Assembly: GCA_033442325.1 (NCBI GenBank)
Contig: JAWQFM010000032.1
Location: 725,401-763,223 of the forward strand
Origin: Salpingoeca rosetta
Taxonomy: Eukaryota; Protista; Choanoflagellata
Length of the DNA stretch: 37,823 nt
Direction: 5' to 3'
Both the position numbers and the translations under genes were made by a program. Below, one piece after another: positions 20,226 through 37,823 of the stretch (its first letter is position 1; every line of letters starts with the position of its first letter). The notes under the pieces were generated by a model, which saw only the letters and a program-made list of their open reading frames with translations, was not told the DNA's origin and did not search any database.

Positions 20226-20761
20226 CTCTTGGCTCTTGCTTGCTTCGCTCTGCTGCCGTTGCTGTTGCTGGCTGTCGTCGTTGTTTGGCAGTTGCCGCCG
20301 TTGTCCTCTCTGGCGTGAAATGCACCATATCGTTCGTTTCTCAATGGCAGCGCCAATGCCCTCATGTGCTCATTTTGCTGCCGTTGTTTGCAAATCTGCG
20401 CGGCGGAAGTGCCGCTACGAAAAGCGCGCCAAATTCGGACGGGAGAAACAGCAGAAGGTCTGGGACGGCGCACACCTGCACAAACAAACACACTGCAACT
20501 GCCTCGCTGGGTGTGCTGCGGTTGACCTGGTGCTTGTGTGTGCTTGTGCTTGTGCTGGGCCGGACTGATCGACAACCAACCAAACTCCAAGCGCACGGGT
20601 GGGACATACAGACGCACCACAGCAGGGACAACGGAGGAGGGAAGGGAGTGCGGCAACTCTGAAACAGCGGGAACATTCCTCTTCGCGAAACAACAACCCA
20701 CAACCAACCAACCCACAACCAACCAACCAACCAACAGCGCACGAGCCATCTGCAGCTGGCC
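20226..20761. promoter_or_regulatory. Putative bidirectional promoter / 5' UTR region between RFX-like (-) and Rb-like (+) genes, with E2F-like sites
   Basis: The divergent start codons are ~536 bp apart. GCGCGCCAAA at 20424-20433 reads TTTGGCGCGC on the minus strand (E2F consensus TTTSSCGC). A weaker TTCGCGAAA lies at 20682-20690. Confidence 0.55.
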
Positions 20762-28546
<7,785 letters not shown>

Positions 28547-28548
28547 CG

Positions 28549-28675
<127 letters not shown>

Positions 28676-29287
28676 AACACATGCCCACGTGCACACATTC
28701 ACGCATTCTTAACGTTCACGCTGCCGTGTCCTGCGTTGGATGATGTTATTTCTGTTGACACCAACCTCATTTGCTGGTTGCGTACTGAGGTTGTGGTTGT
28801 TTTTCTTTCTGTTGTTGCTTCTGCGTTAATGGCAATAAAGGACGCGCGTACACTCGAGGGGACTGCAGCACTTCACGTGCATGTGTTTGTGTGTGATGGA
28901 GAGTCGTCGTGTCACACTCTTTCCTTTGCAAACGTGCTTTGGTGATTCTGTCGTTGTTTGGGACAAAATGTACTCACTCGTCATGGATGCGTGCAACATA
29001 ATATGGCCAAGGAAGCAGCGTGTGCTTTGGGCTTGAAGACAAACCAACACAGCGCCCGCGACAGAAAACAGAAGACGTACATGTGCAAGAAAGAGCGCAT
29101 ATGGGCAGATATGGGCGTGTATGGGGGCGCGTTTTGGTTGGGTGTTCATTTGAGAGGGAAATCAAATTGGGAAGACGCAATGACAAAACGTATTGAAAAG
29201 GCATCCATGAGAAGACAGCATGACAATGTGCGTGTCAGTGAGAGTGAGAATTCGTGGGTGGGGGGGGGGTGGCAGCATGCGGGGGTG

Positions 29288-29675
29288 TCAGCGGAAGTAG
29301 ATGTACCCTTCCTTGTCCGGTGCGCCAGCCCAGTCGTTGGCCTGCAGGGGTGGTGGTGGTGGTGATGGTGGTGGTGGTGATTGGGGGACGGGGTTAAGAA
29401 GGCGGATGGGTGTGATTCAGCATATGGAGGCGAAGAGATGTTGAAGAGAGTTTCAGGCGGACGTGTGCAGGTGACAGGCAAGCACCTACGTTGTTTCTGT
29501 CGTTGGTGTTTGCTCCAAAGTTGTGCCTGGTGAGGTGATTGGGGGGGGGGGGATGCATGTGTGGGTGAGGTCAAATGGAAAGAAGTAACGCACAGATCCA
29601 GACACAAGTAAACGCTAACGCAGGTAGACAGAAAGGCAGGCGTACACACGCACACACACACACATACACACATAC

Positions 29676-29710
<35 letters not shown>

Positions 29711-30876
29711 CAAGCACGCACACACACACGCGTATTCATGCCCTTGTTATATCCTGCATCGTACCAGAAGCAATCTCTGCAGTACACAGCGCATTTCACG
29801 AATGAGTGAGCGGAAGTGCATATGCGTTTGAGAACAAGTGAGGGTTCGCTAAGTGGCGCCGCTCACATCATTTCGAAAGAGCCCAACCCTCTGTTCACGT
29901 CTTCCTCGCTATCACCACGACAACCACACCGAAACGCCGACGACGACCACCCTACCACCATCATCTAACGTTATCAACCATCATGATCATGATGAATCGC
30001 CTCCTCACCCGCCGCCGTTGTGCCGGGCCGTCGGTCCCAGGATGACGCGGTACTGCTGGTTCCCGCCGTACATGTTGTTCAGTCCGCCCCACGTGAACGA
30101 GAACGAGCAGCTCTGCCACGTCGCATCCTGATGCGACGAGTACTGGCACGACGACCACGCAACGTTCTGCTCAAGGTTGCGGCAGTCCTGCAGGCGGTGG
30201 TTGTTGTACACGCCATATGTCATCGGGTCGTCGCCCCAAGTGATGCGCACGTGCTCGCCGGCTCCATACGCAGCCCCGCCCCCGCCAGCATAGTGGATCA
30301 GCATTTGCCTGTGGCAATTTGGTGTCGGTGAGGAAAGGGAGGGGAGGAGAGGGTATGGTGTTAGCACTCACCATGAAGCAGGTGGTGTCAGCAGAGTGGA
30401 TTGGGCGCAGGGAAACATGTGGCAGAAGGGGAGCAGATACACGAGGACAGACACAAAGCGGTGCAAACAAATAAGCACGCGCTGACGTTGTTGGCTGGGT
30501 GTTGAACCAGAGGCCGGAGAATGAGTTGTAGCCAAGACTCGATGCGTCCACCATGGCGTTGGCATCCGTCACAGGGAACTCTGTGATTTGCCTGGAACGC
30601 ACCATTGGAGGCACCAGTGGAGGCACAAGGGGACAATGAGCAATGATTGGGAGAATGTGAAGAAATGTCCTCCCACCACCGCCACTGTCAGAGAATCATC
30701 ATCATCACCACCGCCGCCAGCAGCGTACTGGTCGTTGAGGTGCGCTGTGCGTGTCCACCCGCCGCCGTCCGTCTCCATGTCGCAATACACGTCAAGCGTC
30801 GCCTTGCGCGTAAACCCGGCAGGCCCTGTCGGTTGGGACGGAGGAGGGGGGAAGTAAGTGGTGATGTGTGTGTGTA

Positions 30877-30928
<52 letters not shown>

Positions 30929-31376
30929 GTACGNNNNNNNNNNNNNNNNNNNNNNNNNNNNNNNNNNNNNNNNNNNNNNNNNNNNNNNNNNNNNNNNNNN
31001 NNNNNNNNNNNNNNNNNNNNNNNNNNNNNNNNNNNNNNNNNNNNNNNNNNNNNNNNNNNNNNNNNNNNNNNNNNNNNNNNNNNNNNNNNNNNNNNNNNNN
31101 NNNNNNNNNNNNNNNNNNNNNNNNNNNNNNNNNNNNNNNNNNNNNNNNNNNNNNNNNNNNNNNNNNNNNNNNNNNNNNNNNNNNNNNNNNNNNNNNNNNN
31201 NNNNNNNNNNNNNNNNNNNNNNNNNNNNNNNNNNNNNNNNNNNNNNNNNNNNNNNNNNNNNNNNNNNNNNNNNNNNNNNNNNNNNNNNNNNNNNNNNNNN
31301 NNNNNNNNNNNNNNNNNNNNNNNNNNNNNNNNNNNNNNNNNNNNNNNNNNNNNNNNNNNNNNNNNNNNNNNNNTTG

Positions 31377-31427
<51 letters not shown>

Positions 31428-32595
31428 TATGCGCGAGCACTCACGAATCTCGTAGATGCCGCTCTGTGCACTCGGATTGATGTTCTTCACGTCCTGTTGA
31501 GGCGGTGGTTGGGAGTGGTGAGGGAGAGAAAGAGTAGGGGTGTGAGCAGCACGCAACCATCCCCGCACGAACTGCCAAACAAGCAGACTCAACCACTACA
31601 CATGCAACAACACACACCAGACAGCTCTTGGGGACGAGCAGGAGCTTCAGCTGCGACAATTCGTCACGCAGCGCCTGCACTTCATCCGGCAGTGCCTGCA
31701 AGCAACAACAGGAAAGCAATGTTGACGTGGTGTGATGATAGCACGTGAGAGCAAAACAAAGGCAGTGTTGCTGCGGTGTGTGTGTGTGTGTGTGCGTGTG
31801 TGTGTGTCATTGATGTGTGGTCCTCACCGCAACGTTGTCCACGCGGCCACTCAGGTCATTCAAATCGCCCGCCAAACCATTGACGGCTGTGTGTGTGTGT
31901 GTTGGGGGGGGGAGGTTAGACGCATGCGTGGCACGTGAGCAGCTGATGCAGGTGAGCACGAGCACATGTCAAAACAAGAAACCGATGCGCAATCAAACTC
32001 AGCGAACGACACTGCATCTGCACGATCCCTGACCTTGGGAAATGCTGTTCTCCGCGGCGGTGGCGCGGTTTCTCTCGTCCTGCATCAAGCGAAACAACAG
32101 CGACAGCAGCAGCACATGCACTCGTGGGTGAACAAAGGACACGTGTAGGTGTAATGGGTTGATGCTTTCATGCACAGAACATGACTACCACGGGAGAAGA
32201 GGGCTGCGAGAAGATGGTGTAAGCAGTCGAATGGTCGCGGCGCTCACCGTGATCTGTTGGGCCAGAGCGGCGGCGAATGCGGACGTGTCCTCTTGTCGGC
32301 CGTTCAGTGCAGTGAAGTTTGCACCGAGCTCGGCTAGCGTCGTGACGCAGCGAAGGGTGGTGGTGGTGGTGGTGAGGGAGGTGGTGGTGGTGAGGGAGGT
32401 ACATGGGAGGCACGTTGCGACAAGGAGAATTATGGCATTGCTGTCAAACTATCCAGATACACACGCACACATGTGCGTGTGTGTGCATGCGTTGTTGCTC
32501 ACCAAGCAGCTGCTGCAGGGCCAGGATGTTGTCCTGATTTCTGCTCTCGTTGTCGCGTGCAGTCGTCACCTCTGTCTCCAGCGCAGTCGACAGCT

Positions 32596-32691
<96 letters not shown>

Positions 32692-32881
32692 TAAATGGGG
32701 GAAGTGTGGGGTTGCAGGTGAGCTGTGTCATTAACACACGCACGAATGCAACACATACACACGCAACGNNNNNNNNNNNNNNNNNNNNNNNNNNNNNNNN
32801 NNNNNNNNNNNNNNNNNNNNNNNNNNNNNNNNNNNNNNNNNNNNNNNNNNNNNNNNNNNNNNNNNNNNTTCACACACACAT

Positions 32882-32932
<51 letters not shown>

Positions 32933-34058
32933 CCTGCTGCACGAGTGAGCGGAGAGAGGTAAACTCGGGCTGCTCCGGCAGGTTGAGGACCACGTCCTCG
33001 GCCAGCACCTCCAAGGTGCCGTCCACCACGGCCATTTCGGGCACAACTACACCAAGCACCGAGTATTCACATCACGTGCATACGTTGTACGCGCGGCAAT
33101 GGCAAAGCGAAAGCACAAGTGAGTGTGATGATGAGAGGGACGAGCCAGCCACACCCAAGCACCAGCGGCTGAAACACCACCCATACCCAAGTACCAGCGA
33201 TACTGCGGCTACATGCAGTGCCAAACTCACAGCAGCCGTTGCCTTCGTGGTCTGCGGTGCCAGCAAAGCCCGGTTTGCAGCGGCAGATGAAGTCCAGGCC
33301 ATTTGCAGTCTCCTCACACAGCTGCTCCCCGCATGGAGATCCAGCGCACATGTCCACATCTGTGTGTGCGTGTGTGGATGGATGGGAGGGTGAGGAAGGG
33401 ATTTAAACGTAAGATGTGAGGGGGGCGGGATGGAGAGTGAATTAAAGGGGCAATATGCGTCGAAGAAAGCGCCCACCTTGACAGGACTGTCCTGACACAA
33501 CCGGCTCGAGCGTGCCGTCAGCTGTGCACTGTACGTCGTACGAGTCTGCATCACCTGCGATAAGAATGAAGCGATGCGGATGAGTGGCGGGTGAGTGGGT
33601 GAGTGGGTGAGTGGGTAAGCAAGCATCAAAACCCACGCACACAACACAGACACACAGACACAGACACACACAGACACACACAGACACACACAGACACACA
33701 CAGACACACCGGAAGCACGGGTGCCAGGGTTGCAGGAGAAGGTCACGGTGTCGCCAAAGAAGAGCTCAGAAGTGGACTCCGGGTTGGCGTTGGACGTGGG
33801 TTGCGGTGTGCCGCAGGAAACAGGGAAGCAGGTCGTGGATTGGTTCGACGCCGCGTACCCATCAAAGCAGCTACCGCAATCACCAGACCCAGCACCGGCG
33901 CCACTGCACGCGTTTCGGTTGAGCTCCACACAAGATGAAGCGGCGCCAAGCGCCACACACGCCGCACTGTCTCCGGCCGCGCTCACCACAGCCACCTGCG
34001 CTGGTGCAACCACCACCAGCACACACAACAACAACAACCAGCGAACAACAAGCCGCAT
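29288..34058 (-). CDS. Secreted protein: signal peptide, Cys-rich/EGF-like, Sushi(CCP), EGF, coiled coil, fibrinogen-related domain
   Basis: Signal peptide MRLVVRWLLLLCVLVVVAPA. Cys-rich CVELNRNAC...CGSCFDGY. CCP-like VSCGTP...FGDTVTFSCNPG...VQCTADGT. EGF DVDMCAGSPCGEQLCEETANGLDFICRCKPGFAG. Heptad segments LSTALETEVTTARDNE, GLAGDLNDLSGRVDNV and EVQALRDELSQLK. Fibrinogen-like PKSCLDVKNINPSAQSGIYEIRPAG...VYCDMETDGGGWT. The likely last exon is ANDWAGAPDKEGYIYFR* (stop 29288-29290); an alternative stop lies at 30005. Confidence 0.82.
30934..31373. other. Assembly gap (440 N) inside an intron of the fibrinogen-like gene
   Basis: Run of N. The flanking exons (…GIYEI c | gg cct gcc…) splice in frame across it. 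Confidence 1.
32769..32868. other. Assembly gap (100 N), intronic
   Basis: Run of N. Confidence 1.
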
Positions 34059-34131
34059 CTTGCTTGCTTCTTGCTTGCTGCCCCCAACACACACAAAACT
34101 GAATTCAGTGTGGAAGCAAAGCCGCACAACC

Positions 34132-34244
<113 letters not shown>

Positions 34245-34327
34245 ATCATGAAACGAAACGGCGCTAGGTCACGGAGGGAAGACCGACAGTCATCGTGCGC
34301 ACAAGAACAAACGCATCTGCTGATGAC

Positions 34328-34476
34328 ACAACAACAGCAACAACAACAACAACAGCAACAACAACAACAAACAACAACAACAACAACAACAAACAACAAC
34401 AACAACAACAACTTAAACAACAACAACAACAACAACTTAAACAACAACAACAACAACTTAAACAACAACAACAACA
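34328..34476. repeat. (CAA)n tract with interspersed ACTTAA units, intergenic or UTR
   Basis: Direct reading of the sequence. Confidence 0.9.
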
Positions 34477-34640
34477 GAGCAGTGGAACACAAGCGAGCGT
34501 CAAGGAAGCCACAACTGGCGTGCGTGTAACAGAACAGTGGGTGATGAACGAAATGTAATAACTGCACCACCGTGACAGGACTGGAGGAGAAAACAGAAGC
34601 CGGAGGAGAAAGGAGCTGCCACGGGGCAGGTGACCAAGAG

Positions 34641-35936
34641 CTAATACGCTGAGGCTGCGTCCACATCGCACTTCTTGGCCTCTCGCACCAGCTTCATGGC
34701 GGGACCCATTGACACACCGGAGGACCGAAGCGTCTGCTTTGTCAAGTCGCCCTCATGTACGAGAGCCACCAGCACCTCCAGGCTGTCAATGCCGTGCTCC
34801 ACCAACGCGGCTTCGACGTGCGACAGCAGCGAGTGGCGGTTGAGCCATTGAATGAGCTCTGGCTCGAATGGTGATGAGGATGAGGGCGATGGGGTGGTGG
34901 ACGGTGGGGTGAAAGTAGTCATGACGGTGGAGGACGAGGAAGATGACTGCAGGGCAGGTAAACAAGAGGATGGGTAACACATTGTGAGCACGAGTGGAAG
35001 GAGCGGTCATGTGCACACACACACACGCACAGCAGATGCACACACACACACACACGCACAAGCACACACAAGCATACACAAAATACCATACCTGCGTGGA
35101 ACGACGTGCTGTGTCTGCTTCTTGCGTTGTTTGCTCCTCACTCCTGGCAGAGGAGACAACCTGGCGCACCTTCTCCGCGATGTCGCGCAGCTGCGACGTG
35201 CGGTCCACAGCGGCGTCCAATGCAACCACGGCGTCAATGTCAAAGAGCGACAGTACCACTTGACGCACGCTCTTGTGCCGCTGTGGCGGTGGCAAGTGTA
35301 GCACCTGCGTGAAATACTGGTCCAGGGCTGATGTCGTCTCCTTGCTCACAGCATCTGGCAGCGTCATCGCCAGCCGCTTCAGGCGGTCAAACGAGTCGTA
35401 TTCGCTCACTTCGGCCCTGCTCATACTGCTGTCGTTCACATTGTGCCACGCGCTGCCAACAATCACGGGCACGACACGTCGAAGGCGAATCCTGGCATGT
35501 TGCTGCTCCTCGTCTGCCGAATGCGCCCCCTGGTGCTCGTGCAGTGCCAGCATCGTCATCCACTCCAGCAGCACGTTGTCGCAGTAGTCGCTGTGCTGCA
35601 GCTGCCTCATCTGCATGATGGTGGCAGCAGAAACAATGGGGCAGGCCACCAGGCTCAGCCCAATCGCCGTCATGAACGACAGCTTGAAGTTGAGGCCCGT
35701 CTCCAGGTTGTTGGCGTCCAGGAACGCAACCAGGTTGCGCTGCTCCAAGCGCGGATGCAGCGCCATCACCAGCCCACTGCTGGCGCGTTGCCTGTGATGT
35801 GTAGGGGAGGGAGAAGGGTGTGTGTGAGGTGAAGTGTTGGGCAGCAGTAGTGGTGGGTGGAAGTGACGGACACGTAAACAAGTCATGGGCACACAGACAC
35901 ACGCTTGCACACGCTCACACGCACACACTTGCACAC

Positions 35937-35970
<34 letters not shown>

Positions 35971-37565
35971 CTCACCTGTAGCTGATGAAGACGTCGTACT
36001 TGTCCTGGAGGCCGAGAACGGGCAGAAGAGGGCCATATTTGGCGACCAGGTCATCGGGTGACAGCAGCTGCTCGTCCACCCACATGTCCTGCTTGCTCTT
36101 GTGGTGGTGCAGCACGTCCTCAAAGAACAACAGTGTCTTGTCGTCAAATGGCACCAGCAGGCTGCTCTTCAGCTCAGGATAGCGCTCTCTGGCGGCCTCG
36201 CTAATCATCTTGTGCAGCATATGCAGCATGGCGCGTGGCTGCGCACTCGTGATCTTCATCTTGATGCCGCCAACAGCCGGCACAAGCTGCAACTCAAGCT
36301 TGGTCGACTCCATGAAGCAGATGGCGTGGGTGCGACTCAGCTTGGGTTTTTGCGATGCGCCGTGCTGGGCGTGCGCCATCACATGCGCTAACACAACCGT
36401 AAACAGCCCCTCTGGCAGGAAAGACGCATGCTGTGCATGCTCAGCTCTCACGCTCGCTTCTGTCTTGAACTCCTTCAGGCTGAAGGCGACGTAGGCCGTC
36501 TTCTCCTCGTGTCCAAGATATGGATTGACCTGCTGTGCTGCTGTCGTGCTCAGAGTGACAGATTCCATCGTGCTGCTGCTGTGGCGGATCGTCATCGGCA
36601 GGATGGCTGGGACCAGGTATTGCTGCTGCTGGTGCTGCTGGCGTTGGTGTGCGTCATTGCCCTTGCTCACACCATCGTTGTCACCGTGGCCGGAGTTGGC
36701 GTGGGCGAGCGCTCTGCGGCTATCCACCAGCTTGGGTGGAGAGTATTGAATGCACAGCCCATATTGCATCATGAGGCGCAGGAACGGGTCAACCAAGTTG
36801 CTGTCCACGTCTCTCCACAACACCTCCAGCAGACGACGGTGCAGGATGCCGCGGTCGACAAGGTCGTCCCACACGTCGGCGCCAAGTGCCCGCACCTCCG
36901 GCCCCTGCACATCGTCGTCGTGCAGGCCAAACGTGCGGATGACGCGCGTCATCGTGTCCACCGCCCACTGCGGGCTCAGGATCACATAGGCGTCCATGCC
37001 AGGCACGCTGTCGTAGTACAGCACCATTGAGTACAGGTGCAGGAACTGGAGGCAGGCTCTCGTCTCCTGGCGTGTGCGCAGCCCACACGTGCGCGCAATC
37101 GCCACCACCTCATCAAACGTGAGCAGCGGTCGCTTCTCGTCGCGGGCGATGGCGTTGAGCTTGTCGTAGAGGTGGAGGTACGGCACAGCCACCTCCTGGC
37201 TCACGTACTCCTGCGCCAGCGCGGTGGAGGAGATGGTCTGGCGCAGGTCCTGGATCATGGGGTCGCCGATGGACTTGGTGTTGTCGACGGGCCAGAACCA
37301 CAGCTTGTGCTTGCTGTTGTACACAACAGAAGCGAAGGCCGGGTTGTGGCGCAGGCGGCTGTGGATGTCACGCGAGATCTGCTCATGTTGCTTCCGCTGA
37401 CTGACCACATCAGCGAAGGTGCCGACGATGAGGACGGGCGCGCCTTTTGCATGGAGGTGGAGGGAGGAGAGCCAGTGCTCCATAAACTCCCACGCCTCGG
37501 TCCGCTTGCTCTCGTCTTGGTGCAGCAGGTCCTCCATGGAGAACACCAGCAGGTACACTGCGTAC
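34641..37565 (-). CDS. Roco-family protein, 3' part: C-terminal half of Roc GTPase, COR, TIR, SAM (5' end outside the window or unresolved)
   Basis: Exons 35976-37565, 35092-35791 and 34641-34946 splice in frame. Roc: YAVYLLVFSM...HWLSSLHLHAKGAPVLIVGTFAD...WPVDNT...IQDLRQTI. COR: VPYLHL..L, LQFLHLYSMVLYY, VILSPQW, GILHRRLLEVLW, YLVPAILP, LPEGLF. TIR: YDVFISYR...AFLDANNLETG...PIVS...DNVLLEWMTML...VVPVIVG. SAM: ELIQWLNRHSLLSHVEAALVEHGIDSLEVL...LRSSGVSMGPAMKLVRE. Confidence 0.88.
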
Positions 37566-37649
37566 CTGTTGTGGGGAGGTTGGGAGGTAAAGGGTGGGGA
37601 TGTGAGAAGGGTGGTGGTGGGGGGGGGGGGTGACAGCACGTAGCCCACA

Positions 37650-37744
<95 letters not shown>

Positions 37745-37823
37745 AGCACGCATGCACCCCCCACCCCGGTGGCTCCGCACAAAAAACACAAGAGTGCTCC
37801 CTTTTGTGTGGGGGAAAAAGGGG

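Noticed and set aside
20402-20411. GGCGGAAGTG next to the E2F-like site, recalling the GABP/ETS element of the human RB1 promoter
   Set aside because: It is a short GC-rich match, and ETS factors are generally regarded as animal-specific, so it is most likely coincidental.

Overview
Eukaryotic, intron-rich genomic DNA with (CA/GT)n microsatellites in most introns and four N-gaps. The style and gene content suggest a choanoflagellate such as Salpingoeca rosetta (inference, not verified). Most six-frame ORFs are microsatellite noise; the real genes emerge only after manual GT-AG splicing. From left to right: a decayed Ty1/copia RT fragment and a decayed Ty3/gypsy RT fragment with LTR-like direct repeats (1-2.8 kb); SEC31 (-); VDAC (-); OSTC/DC2 (-); an RFX-family gene that keeps the B/C/dimerisation domains but appears to lack the DNA-binding domain (-); head-to-head with it, a retinoblastoma-family pocket protein (+), with E2F-like sites in the shared ~540 bp interval; a secreted EGF/Sushi/coiled-coil/fibrinogen-like protein (-); and the 3' part of a Roco GTPase gene whose COR domain is followed by a SARM1-like TIR domain with the catalytic Glu and a C-terminal SAM domain (-). 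The best candidates for something undescribed are the Roc-COR-TIR-SAM protein and the DBD-less RFX / Rb divergent gene pair. All family assignments come from recalled motifs, not from database searches.
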